A DNA stretch of 64,000 nt from Elusimicrobiota bacterium (GCA_016706425.1 JADJJR010000001.1:701973-765972), one strand, 5' to 3'. Shown: positions 29,377 to 37,969, counted from the stretch's first letter. Notes: generated from the sequence alone by a model not told the origin. Numbers and translations: made by a program.

Positions 29377-29514
29377 GGAGGGATGGGAGAGCGGGCGCCG
29401 TGTGCCAGTGGCACACGTTTGGCGCGGGTCGACAGACCCCGGGTTTGCCTCCTGGCCCGACATTTTCGGGCCGAGGCAAACAATCCGCCGCACGTTATTA
29501 GCGTGCCAATTTTT
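29377..29514 (+). pseudogene. disrupted tRNA-Ser 5' fragment. It shares the first 18 nt and the AATCCGCCGCAC segment with the adjacent intact tRNA-Ser, is interrupted by an ~87-nt insertion, and has no 3' half.
   Basis: GGAGGGATGGGAGAGCGG is repeated verbatim 138 nt upstream of the intact gene. The insertion is the GTGTGCC-hairpin repeat element. Confidence 0.5.
29395..29481 (+). repeat. structured repeat element, copy 1 (GCGCC-[GTGTGCC-AGT-GGCACAC]-GGCGC closing stem, then GGGTC-GACA-GACCC and a long hairpin GTTTGCCTC..GAGGCAAAC)
   Basis: The second copy at 41497-41580 conserves the GTGTGCC/GGCACAC hairpin and the CCGAC..TTTT..CCGAGG loop motif. The closing stem covaries (GCGCC/GGCGC versus GTCCC/GGGAC). 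Confidence 0.55.
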
Positions 29515-29604
29515 GGAGGGATGGGAGAGCGGTTGAATCCGCCGCACTCGAAATGCGGTAGGGGCGCAAGCTCCTCGTGAGTTCAAATCTCACTCCCTCC
29601 GCCA
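29515..29604 (+). tRNA. tRNA-Ser(CGA), type II
   Basis: Colinear with E. coli tRNA-Ser(CGA): acceptor GGAGGGA/TCCCTCC, discriminator G, anticodon loop CTCGAAA, long variable arm, T-arm GTGAGTTCAAATCTCAC, encoded CCA. Confidence 0.8.
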
Positions 29605-31178
29605 TATGTGAAACCCCCCTCGGGGGAAGAAAGGCCCAACGGCGAATCGTCGTTGGGCCTTTCGCTTGTACGGGCGGAGTCGTCCGACAGCGTCCGAGTC
29701 GTCGTCCCCGGTCGAAATCCAACCCTCAAAGCGGTCGAATTCTTTCTATTTCCCGCGCTCCGCGCGGCGGTGGCGGAGTCCAACACCATCGGACTTTTAC
29801 CGTCGAGCGGACGGGCGGAGTCCCCGTCCCGCCCGGTCGTCCTCCCCGCGTCAACCTCCGGGGCGGGACCGTCCACAACGAAGTCCACACCGATGCTCTT
29901 TTTCGAATAGCGGACCCTTTCGATCCACTTCCGAACCAAAAGGGATTTCTCGATTCCGGTTGTGCGCGCACATGCCTTTACAAATGCTTTGAGGTTTTTT
30001 TGGAGCAATTCGGGGGTAAAGTTGTAAACATCTGGTAGCGGTTCAACACCACTCCCCCTGGGGCGAGTGGTTTGATTTTGATGGGAATTCACCAAGTTTT
30101 TCAAATATTCGGTGTCCTCCGAAATCCGTAGGAGGTTGGAATAGACCGCGTCATGGAGGCGCTCCGCGCCGATTTGGCGGGTGCCGCAAGCGTCCTTTCC
30201 ACTGTGTCCCACCTTCGAACATCGGTAATAGTAGTACTTGTGCCCGTTTTTCTTGAGCTTGCTTGAAAACGCCACGCCCATGACGGAACCACATTCCCCG
30301 CATTTGATGATCCCGGCGAAAGGAAGGTGGGAATGGGTTTCCGTATGGAAGCGGGGCGATTCGGTCATGAGCTTTTGAACGTGGTTGAACAAGTCCTCCG
30401 AAATAAGGGGCGGGTGCTGGCCGGGATGAATTTTCCCCTTATGGACGATCTTCCCGGTGTAGACGTTTTTCCTCAACATTTGCCAAATGGCTGAATCCCC
30501 GAAAGGCTTCCCACGGCGGGAGAGAATCCCCTTTTCCTTAAGCATCCGGAGGATCGCCCGGATGGAGCGGGTTTTGACGTAGGTTTCAAAGATTTGTTTG
30601 ACGATCTGGTCGCGCGGCGGGTCGATGACGAGGGCGGCGTTTTCCGCCTTGTATCCATAAGGAGGTTGGCCGCCATGATAGAGGCCGCGCTTGACCCGCT
30701 GGATCACCTTATCTTTCACGCGCTCGGAAGCGAGCTCCCGCTCGAACTGAGCGAAGGTCAGCATGATGTTGCGAAGGAGACGGCCCGAGGGCGTGGAGGT
30801 GTCGAACCGCTCCGTCACCGAAATGAAAGAAGCCTGATACTTTTCAAGGAATTCGATCATCTGATAGAAGTCGCGGGGGGAGCGGGTTAGACGGTCGATC
30901 TTGTAAGTGATGACAAGCTGGATTTGCCCGGCCCGGATATCATCGATCATCCGTTTGAGGGCCGGGCGGTTCATGTTGGCCCCGGTGAAACCGGGGTCGG
31001 AATAGACATTAAAGATTTCAAACCCCTCCTGGCTGGCGATGAAGGAGCGGATGCGGTCCTCTTGGGCCTCGCAAGAATTGAACTCGACCTCGGCTTGGGC
31101 GTCGGTGCTTACGCGGGTGTAGATGGCGCAACGGGTGATTTTCCGTTCATTTTCCGTCGGGGTGGTTAAAGCTTGCAT
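29583..31178 (-). CDS. large serine recombinase (resolvase catalytic domain + recombinase domain + zinc-ribbon). The C-terminal ~120 codons run through the inverted repeat into tRNA-Ser and are probably not genuine.
   Basis: Catalytic AIYTRVSTDAQ, recombinase-domain motifs, zinc ribbon CGECG..C..C. GGAGG SD. The body is lower in GC than the flanks. Confidence 0.8.
   Translation of the reverse strand: MQALTTPTENERKITRCAIYTRVSTDAQAEVEFNSCEAQEDRIRSFIASQEGFEIFNVYSDPGFTGANMNRPALKRMIDDIRAGQIQLVITYKIDRLTRSPRDFYQMIEFLEKYQASFISVTERFDTSTPSGRLLRNIMLTFAQFERELASERVKDKVIQRVKRGLYHGGQPPYGYKAENAALVIDPPRDQIVKQIFETYVKTRSIRAILRMLKEKGILSRRGKPFGDSAIWQMLRKNVYTGKIVHKGKIHPGQHPPLISEDLFNHVQKLMTESPRFHTETHSHLPFAGIIKCGECGSVMGVAFSSKLKKNGHKYYYYRCSKVGHSGKDACGTRQIGAERLHDAVYSNLLRISEDTEYLKNLVNSHQNQTTRPRGSGVEPLPDVYNFTPELLQKNLKAFVKACARTTGIEKSLLVRKWIERVRYSKKSIGVDFVVDGPAPEVDAGRTTGRDGDSARPLDGKSPMVLDSATAARSAGNRKNSTALRVGFRPGTTTRTLSDDSARTSERPNDDSPLGLSSPEGGFTYGGGSEI
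29601..29957. repeat. left copy of a ~357-bp inverted repeat. It begins at the tRNA-Ser 3' end and contains the 3' end of the serine recombinase ORF.
   Basis: The reverse complement recurs at 31863-32205. Identical spurious ORFs are translated from both copies. Confidence 0.8.
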
Positions 31179-31262
31179 AGCGGGCCTCCAATGGTTAGAA
31201 TCTCAATAGCCTATTATGAACTACATATTAGATAATACTCTAATTTATATTATACCGTCAAG

Positions 31263-31490
31263 ATGAATACCAGCCTTTCGGAAAGCCTTAAGCGGTTGCG
31301 GAAGGCCCACGGCCTGACGCAACAAAAGCTCGCCCAAGAGGCGGGCGTCTCGCTGATCGTCGTCACCAAGGTGGAGCAAGGCTTCACCAAAGATCCCGCC
31401 ATGTCCTCCCTCGTCAAAATCGCCGATGTCCTGGGCGTCTCCATTGACGAACTGATCGGGCGGACCGTTCCCCACAAGTCAAAAAATTAA
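31263..31490 (+). CDS. XRE-family helix-turn-helix transcriptional regulator (Cro/CI-like)
   Basis: HTH LTQQKLAQEAGVSLIVVTKVEQG. Divergent from the recombinase across an AT-rich promoter region. Confidence 0.75.
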   Translation: MNTSLSESLKRLRKAHGLTQQKLAQEAGVSLIVVTKVEQGFTKDPAMSSLVKIADVLGVSIDELIGRTVPHKSKN

Positions 31491-31862
31491 ACCATGACAG
31501 CCGCGTCAATGGGCCGCCATGTGGCCCGTTGGCGCGGCTGTTTTAATGGGGCCGTTCTTCAGCCGGGCCGGAAGGCGGGCCGATGAAAGGGGTAAGCGGG
31601 CCTCTGGATTTCGGGCGCGAAAAAGGGGTGGCTTAGCGGGCCTTGGGTTTCCGGGCGCGAAAGCTTTTCCCGCTTTTGACCCTGCTTGGGGCTTTGAATC
31701 AGCGTGGGTCACACCTTTTTTATTTTCTCCTCTTCCCGACGGGGAGAGGCCGGGAGAGAGGTTCCGGCTGTCCCTTCCCCCCAGACGGGGGAAGGGAGGC
31801 AGGGAAGGGGGCTCCTCCTGGGGGTGGGTGTGCGCGCGGTGTTGGAATCGAGAAATCCCTTT

Positions 31863-32205
31863 TGGTTCGGAAGTGGATCGAAAGGGTCCGCTATTCGAAA
31901 AAGAGCATCGGTGTGGACTTCGTTGTGGACGGTCCCGCCCCGGAGGTTGACGCGGGGAGGACGACCGGGCGGGACGGGGACTCCGCCCGTCCGCTCGACG
32001 GTAAAAGTCCGATGGTGTTGGACTCCGCCACCGCCGCGCGGAGCGCGGGAAATAGAAAGAATTCGACCGCTTTGAGGGTTGGATTTCGACCGGGGACGAC
32101 GACTCGGACGCTGTCGGACGACTCCGCCCGTACAAGCGAAAGGCCCAACGACGATTCGCCGTTGGGCCTTTCTTCCCCCGAGGGGGGTTTCACATATGGC
32201 GAGAT
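31863..32205. repeat. right copy of the ~357-bp inverted repeat. Its outer end is a degenerate tRNA T-arm/acceptor remnant (GGGATTTCAAATATCTCGCCA, in reverse orientation).
   Basis: Reverse complement of 29601-29957. Confidence 0.8.
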
Positions 32206-33719
32206 ATTTGAAATCCCGCGAAATAAGGCCCGACTTCTCTTCCCAAATATAACACATAGCTACTGGGGAACCTATCGTCAAACCGGGCAATACTACCTCC
32301 GCCCTTCTAAATTGTCGGTTGATGATGAACTCACGACCATATAGCGCCCCTTGGGTTGCCGTTCCCCTCGCCCGCGTGCGGGAGAGGGTGCCCGGACGGG
32401 GCCGGAGAGGGCGGACGTTTCCCTCGCCCCTTGGGAGAGGGTGGCCGAAGGCCGGGTGAGGGGCCGAATTTTCCGTCGGGAATTCATCCTTCACCTTTCA
32501 ATAATGAATTTGTGACGGTTATACCCGCCGCCTTCCAGCGCGGGACACACCGCGCCGCGTCGTCTTCGCTGATCACCATGACGAGAAGGGACGGCGTTCC
32601 GCGCCTCGCGTTCCCGTCGGTCACATCGCCGCATCGTCGTCACTGGCGAAGTGTGACGAGAGGATGGACAACGCCGCCGCGTCCCGTTGTCCATCCGACA
32701 TCCCGCCGCGTCGTCGTCCCTGAGTGGCGGCGTCATCGTTGGCGGGGACAGCACCCGCCGCCATGTCACGGCGGGAAGGAATCCACAGCCACACGCCGAC
32801 ATGATCCCGCCGCCCGTCCTCGTCGTCCCGCCGGATGGATGGACACCGCCGCCGGGCTTCGTCTTTGTCCCGGCCGGAGGGATAACGGCCCCGGCTGTCG
32901 TCCCCTGGAAAACCGGAAGCCACCGCCGCCGGGAGAAAACCCCCGCCCTGTTTCGTGAATCGGGGACCGGGGATCGTGATCCGGCCGCGTGGGGATGATC
33001 CCGCCCGGTGTCGTTTTCCCGACGGATGGACGCCGCCCGCCGCGAAAACCAGAAGAAGCCACCCCCCGGAAAGAAGCGAGTCCCGCGCCCGGAAAGAAAA
33101 CCCGGGCGCTTGAACATGGCCGGGGAAAAGGCGGGGCGACCGTGGCGCTCCGCCGGAAAACCCCGGCGCTGTGTCGCTGGCGGGGGAAGGGGATCATCGC
33201 CCGGGCGCTCGGACAGAAACCCCCGCCCTGTGTCGTCCGGGGGAGAGACGGGGGCGCGGCCCGGCCCGGCACGAGAGACGTGCGCCGGTCCAGGCCGCTC
33301 GGTCGTCGCTGACGGTTAAACGTCCGGTCCGGCGGAGTGACGGCACCCGCTCCGGCCTTCGGAGAAAAACCGCACCGGCCGCCGCCACGAAAAACGGGCG
33401 GCGTCGGCCGGTGCCCCGCTTCCCTCGCCGCGTCGGCGGCAGAGAACGCCGCCGCCGCACCTCGGCCCGCTGTGCTGGCGGACGGACGCCCGGCGCGCCG
33501 CACGAAAAACTTGCGCGGCGCACCTCCTCGGGGCGACTGTTTCGTTTCCGCTCCGGTCTTCGGCCAAACCAAACCACCCCCCCGCAGAGTGTCGCCCTCC
33601 CGGACTTGACCCGCCGTCGCCCGGTGCAGGTCACGCCCCCGCCCGCCGTTGGCGGGCCCGCTGTCCGGGCCGGGGGGCCGGGTCGTTGGCCGGTGGCCTT
33701 TTGGGGGGGCGCGCGCACA
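32192..33719. repeat. 1.5-kb non-coding GC-rich structured repeat, copy A (island-left). It consists of many short hairpins whose loops carry GAAAAC / GAAAACCCC-type motifs.
   Basis: Near-identical inverted copy at 50478-51996. Every ORF inside is low-complexity (R/G/P-rich) and matches its twin, so the region is judged non-coding. Confidence 0.8.
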
Positions 33720-33917
33720 TAGGCCTTACCCTTCCTTTTATGATTTCCTTCAAATGGCGTCCGTCGTTGGGGGGCTTGGGCTCACCTCGCGGGAGCCAGG
33801 CCCCCCGCCTTTGGACATCCTTTAAAGGCGGTCTTGCGTGGCCATGAGGTTCGGCCGCCAAGTCCGCCGGGTTTTCCCGCCGCCGGGAGAGATTCCCCCT
33901 TCCGGCGGCGGGCGCGA

Positions 33918-34112
33918 TTATTCCGACCAACCAACGATTTTGACCTGATGACCATCGATCCATGTTTTCCCATGTCCAGCCGTGGGTTCGATGAGGTAGT
34001 CCACCGCGTTTGGCTTCGGACGCACGTCCCGGATGATGACGGAGACTTCCAAGCCTCCTGTCTGAATCATGCCCTCTCGCCCAACTGCCCGCTGCTCGTC
34101 GCTCAAAGACAT
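33918..34112 (-). CDS. hypothetical small protein (64 aa), divergent from the XRE gene
   Basis: Strong GAGGAGG SD 5 nt upstream of the internal Met MSLSDEQ. Confidence 0.4.
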   Translation of the reverse strand: MSLSDEQRAVGREGMIQTGGLEVSVIIRDVRPKPNAVDYLIEPTAGHGKTWIDGHQVKIVGWSE

Positions 34113-34189
34113 TTTAGCCTCCTCGGTAAAACCCTTATTACATTCCAATTTGGCATATGACATTATGGAAACTATCTTATCAGAACACT

Positions 34190-34411
34190 ATGAAAAAGAC
34201 TATCTATTCGCGGGAACATAAAGGATTGATCGCCCGGCTTAAGAAGGCACGGGAAGCTGCGGGACTTCAACAACAGGATGTCGCCCGACTGTTGAAGCGT
34301 ACCCAGTCTTATGTGTCAAAACTCGAATCTGGGCAGCGCCGGGTTGACGTAGTCCAGCTTAAAACGCTGGCAAGAATTTATAAGAAGCCTTTAGAACACT
34401 TCATTGGATAA
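34190..34411 (+). CDS. XRE-family HTH transcriptional regulator
   Basis: HTH LQQQDVARLLKRTQSYVSKLESGQ. First gene of the low-GC defence block. Confidence 0.65.
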   Translation: MKKTIYSREHKGLIARLKKAREAAGLQQQDVARLLKRTQSYVSKLESGQRRVDVVQLKTLARIYKKPLEHFIG

Positions 34412-34435
34412 AAGACCTTATTCTCAGGTTATCAC

Positions 34436-35422
34436 ATGACCACTACCACCCTTTCCCCCGGACTCAAAGAAGCCTTTGATAAACTAGTTCGAGGAACACC
34501 TGAAGACATAAAGGCCTATCTCACAAACATCGAAACATCCCTACCGTTAGCCGGCACAAAGGCCAATATTCATTGCCATACCATCGCACTGGACGGTCAG
34601 AAATTCCCCCGGATTAAAGATTTGGCCAAGTTCCTTTCTTTTAAAATCATCGATTATTCCATCCCCAGAAAAGAGATCGATCGTGCGAAAGAACACTTGA
34701 CCAAGACAGGATCAGCAGCAAAAGTTGCCGAGCTTCAAAAGAAAGCCGCCTCACTTTTCTCTAGCTTGGAGAAAAGTGGGGAGGGTGGTGAGCTGCTCTT
34801 GTATCTTCTGGTCGAATATTTTCTTCAACTCCCACAAGTGATGTGTAAGATGCCACTAAAGACAAATTCAGAAGTCCACTACCACGGTATTGATGGCATC
34901 CATGCATCCGTGGATAAGGACACAAATAATCTCGCGCTCTATTGGGGGGAATCGAAGCTCTATAAAGACGTGAATGCCGCGATATCTGCCTGCATTTCTA
35001 GTATCCAACCTTTCCTTGTTCCGAAAGGAGGCTCGGGCGATCCACGCGAAAGGGACCTTCAGCTCATGCGGGACAACCTGGACCTAAGTGACCCGGCACT
35101 TGAGACCGCCCTATTCAAGTATCTTGACCCTGACGATCCTATGTATAAGAAACTTGAGTACCGGGGCGCCTGCCTCATTGGATTCGATCACAAGGCATAT
35201 CCCAATACTCCGAATTCAAAGACTGAAGAGGTTGTTTGTGCGGAAATAAAAACGGGTCTTGCCGATCAAATTGCCTTTCTAAAAGAGCAAGCAATCTCTG
35301 CCTCCCTTGCCTCCTTTTCTCTCGAAGTTTTTTTCGTCCCGTTTCCGTCCGTTCAGGAATTTCGTGACGCCTTTGCTGAGGAGATAGGGACGCGTGAGCC
35401 TCCAAGATCGCCTTCTAAATAG
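34436..35422 (+). CDS. hamA: HamA-like protein (Hachiman effector candidate, DUF1837-like) with a PD-(D/E)xK-like motif
   Basis: 328 aa, low GC. Contains SGEGGELLLYLLVEYF and IDGIHASVDKD...YWGESKLYKD (D...ESK). Immediately followed by, and overlapping, a large SF2 helicase gene. Confidence 0.5.
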   Translation: MTTTTLSPGLKEAFDKLVRGTPEDIKAYLTNIETSLPLAGTKANIHCHTIALDGQKFPRIKDLAKFLSFKIIDYSIPRKEIDRAKEHLTKTGSAAKVAELQKKAASLFSSLEKSGEGGELLLYLLVEYFLQLPQVMCKMPLKTNSEVHYHGIDGIHASVDKDTNNLALYWGESKLYKDVNAAISACISSIQPFLVPKGGSGDPRERDLQLMRDNLDLSDPALETALFKYLDPDDPMYKKLEYRGACLIGFDHKAYPNTPNSKTEEVVCAEIKTGLADQIAFLKEQAISASLASFSLEVFFVPFPSVQEFRDAFAEEIGTREPPRSPSK

Positions 35423-37934
35423 CCCGGGCTTCCGTCGTCAAATGCATGCACTGACCCTTGAGTCGGTGCGTGGGAGCTTTGCAAATCTGAAACCCCCAGC
35501 CGATGCCCAGCCAGTATCACATGATTGGCAACACTTACTCCTCACAGCAAGCCTAATGGCTCAGGCTCCCAAAGAGCGACCACAAGCGACGGCACTCCGT
35601 ATCGCTCACCATTGTCTCAACTCCACAACAAATGGAACTAACCACCGCGTGGCCGCAGCAATCGTTTTGGATTTATTGACCAATAGTCCATCTATTAAGC
35701 TTGCGATAGAAAAAAACCTCCTAGACGAGGGTTTTATGGAGCGAGTTCCAGCCCCCCTACGCCTTGATGTATTTAAACGGGCCGCCGAATTTTCGGTTTA
35801 TCGCGGTGACAAAGTAATTCATCTCAATCGGTTTCAAAAAGACGTCCATAATGCCCTTGAGTCGGCAGAATGCGTCAGCATATCAGCGCCAACGTCCGCT
35901 GGAAAATCGTTTATCCTCGAAAATCATGTGAGAGAGTATGTAACTGACTCTGGGAAAAAGAACATCGTATTTGTGGTTCCCACCAGGGCACTCATACAAC
36001 AGGTCGAGACGGACTTACAATCCATTTTCTCTGATTCATCTATTAAACCGATAATCACCTCTGTCCCTCAGCTTCCACCGAACTGGGATCAACAATCGAA
36101 TATTCTTGTCTACACCCAGGAAAGACTTCAGTGGCTAATGAATGATGCTCCGGACGAGTTTAAACTTGACCTACTCATTATTGACGAAGCACAAAAGGTC
36201 GGCGATGGTGCCCGTGGGGTTCTTTTACAGCAAGCGATTGAATTGGCCACTTCAAGATGGACGAGCTGCAAGGTTATATTCTCTAGTCCCATGTCTAGCA
36301 ATCCAGAAATGTTATTTCGCCACACAGGAAAAACTGGCGTCCGAGTAATTTCAGAATTAGTCACCGTGAATCAAAATCTCATATGGGTCTCGCAGGTTCC
36401 CCGTGACCCCAAACAATGGACCGCAGAGCTTTGTGTGCATGATGGAAAGTCATTGCTTGGGACAATTTCGTTAGAACAGCGTCCGACTGACCCTCGGAAA
36501 AGGTTGGCCTTTATCGCCCAGGCCATGTCTGACGCCAGTGGCGGAACTTTAATTTATGCTAGTGGACAAGCAGATGCCGAAAAGATGGCAATCTTGCTGG
36601 CCAATTCAATTTTAGAAGATGTTATAGACTCGGGAATATCGGACTTAATAGATCTAGTTGCCAAGACCATTCATCCAAAGTATGCGCTAGTAAGCACTCT
36701 GGCTCGTGGCGTTGCTTTCCATTACGGCAATATCCCTCTTTTAATTCGCACTGAGATCGAGCGACTATTTAAGGAGGGCAAGATACGATACTTGGTTTGC
36801 ACATCAACACTCATTGAGGGGGTGAACCTCCCTGCCCGCTCAATATTTGTTCGCCGCCCAACCAAGGGGCCAGGCAGACCTATGAGTGAAATTGATTTCT
36901 GGAATATGGCGGGGAGAGCGGGAAGGCTCGGCAAGGAATTCCAGGGAAATATTATCTGTGTTGATCCTGATAACTGGGAAGAACCACCGCCACAAAAACG
37001 CGTCCGATACAAAATAGAGAGGACACTGGATAAAGTGACTTCTCAAGCCACATCACTTATAAATTTCATTGACTCCGGAAAGACGATGAAAGGGGGGCCG
37101 AGTAAAGCTGAGCTTGAGCATACTCTCGCATACCTCTTCCTTCAACACTCTCGCCATGGGTCTATTAGCAAAGGCCCCTCTGCCCCCGAGTGCGATCTGG
37201 CTATCTTGCAACAGATTGACGCCAGCCTAAAATCCGTAAGTGACAAAGTCACTTTGCCGATAGAAATCCTTACTCGCAACCCTGGGGTAAATCCATTGGG
37301 TCAACAAAGCCTTCTCAAATACTTTCTGGAATATGACGATCAAGCCACGGAGCTTATCCCCACCCTTCCTGAAAGCGACGATGCTTTTACCTCCTATGTT
37401 CGCCTTCTTAACCGCATTTGCACCCACCTGTCTGGGGACCCCACGCAGCTCAGTCCATATTTTGCGGTATTGGCAATTAACTGGATGCGTGGTTATCCGC
37501 TGTCAAGAATCATTGCCGACAATATCAAGTATTGGGGAAAGCATCCCGAGAAGAAGAAGACAGTGCCGGTGATTATTCGAGACTCAATGCGTGACGTGGA
37601 GGAGTTCGCGAGGTTTAAATTTGTGAAATATTCGGCATGCTATGTTGACATCCTGCGCTTCTATTTCCGAACAACTGGACATGCCGCCCATTTAGGACAA
37701 ATTCCAGATCTGAATATCTGGCTCGAATTTGGTGCGTCTCAGCAAACCCAGATTTCTCTGATGGGAATAGGCCTCTCTCGTCAAACAGCAATTTCTATTT
37801 CTGAGCTTATTCCGCAACATAACATGGATAGGGATGCCGCCATCGCATGGCTCAAACAATTAGATTGTGACAGCCTAGATCTCTCCCCGATCGTCATTGC
37901 GGAGTTAAAAAAGGCCCGCAGCGCTTTGTTGTAA
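35394..37934 (+). CDS. hamB: HamB-like superfamily-2 DExH/DEAQ-box helicase (Hachiman helicase candidate)
   Basis: 846 aa. Motif I APTSAGKS, motif II LIIDEAQ, motif III-like SSPMSS, motif VI MAGRAGRLG, CTSTLIEGVNLP. The GTG start overlaps the hamA end by 29 nt; an alternative ATG lies at 35442. Confidence 0.6.
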   Translation: MSLQDRLLNSPGFRRQMHALTLESVRGSFANLKPPADAQPVSHDWQHLLLTASLMAQAPKERPQATALRIAHHCLNSTTNGTNHRVAAAIVLDLLTNSPSIKLAIEKNLLDEGFMERVPAPLRLDVFKRAAEFSVYRGDKVIHLNRFQKDVHNALESAECVSISAPTSAGKSFILENHVREYVTDSGKKNIVFVVPTRALIQQVETDLQSIFSDSSIKPIITSVPQLPPNWDQQSNILVYTQERLQWLMNDAPDEFKLDLLIIDEAQKVGDGARGVLLQQAIELATSRWTSCKVIFSSPMSSNPEMLFRHTGKTGVRVISELVTVNQNLIWVSQVPRDPKQWTAELCVHDGKSLLGTISLEQRPTDPRKRLAFIAQAMSDASGGTLIYASGQADAEKMAILLANSILEDVIDSGISDLIDLVAKTIHPKYALVSTLARGVAFHYGNIPLLIRTEIERLFKEGKIRYLVCTSTLIEGVNLPARSIFVRRPTKGPGRPMSEIDFWNMAGRAGRLGKEFQGNIICVDPDNWEEPPPQKRVRYKIERTLDKVTSQATSLINFIDSGKTMKGGPSKAELEHTLAYLFLQHSRHGSISKGPSAPECDLAILQQIDASLKSVSDKVTLPIEILTRNPGVNPLGQQSLLKYFLEYDDQATELIPTLPESDDAFTSYVRLLNRICTHLSGDPTQLSPYFAVLAINWMRGYPLSRIIADNIKYWGKHPEKKKTVPVIIRDSMRDVEEFARFKFVKYSACYVDILRFYFRTTGHAAHLGQIPDLNIWLEFGASQQTQISLMGIGLSRQTAISISELIPQHNMDRDAAIAWLKQLDCDSLDLSPIVIAELKKARSALL

Positions 37935-37969
37935 TGCTCCCCATTAGTCAAGCGGCGACGAAGTGAGAA

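Larger units (their letters stand above)
29601..32205. mobile_element. serine-recombinase/XRE cassette bounded by 357-bp inverted repeats, inserted at the tRNA-Ser 3' end
   Basis: Recombinase and repressor genes, flanking inverted repeats, tRNA adjacency, and a GC drop in the recombinase body. Confidence 0.5.

Noticed and set aside
29583-29604. Recombinase stop codon inside tRNA-Ser as evidence of functional gene-tRNA overlap
   Set aside because: The last ~120 codons lie in a duplicated GC-rich repeat and look like incidental read-through. The functional C-terminus probably ends earlier.
29360-29606. tmRNA (ssrA) expected directly downstream of smpB
   Set aside because: The region resolves into a tRNA-Ser 5' fragment plus an intact type II tRNA-Ser with discriminator G. 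It has no tRNA-Ala-like acceptor (GGGGCUG...), and no reading frame ends in an ..A-A tag peptide.
29608-29992. ORFs inside the 357-bp inverted repeat (29608-29910 +, 29666-29992 +, 31506-32135 -, 31891-32193 -)
   Set aside because: Identical low-complexity translations arise from both repeat copies. They overlap the recombinase reading frame and have no SD.
32356-33572. ORFs inside the 1.5-kb repeats (for example 32356-32958 + and 32766-33572 -) and their twins at 50622-51841
   Set aside because: Extreme R/G/P/A low complexity, with overlapping ORFs on both strands in every frame. This is typical of GC-rich non-coding DNA.
32192-33719. Possible CRISPR array in the 1.5-kb repeats (recurring GAAAAC-type motifs at ~40-nt spacing)
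   Set aside because: The units are irregular in length and sequence. There is no identifiable conserved repeat of 24-40 nt, and no cas genes are nearby. The whole block is duplicated as one unit, as a long inverted repeat would be.
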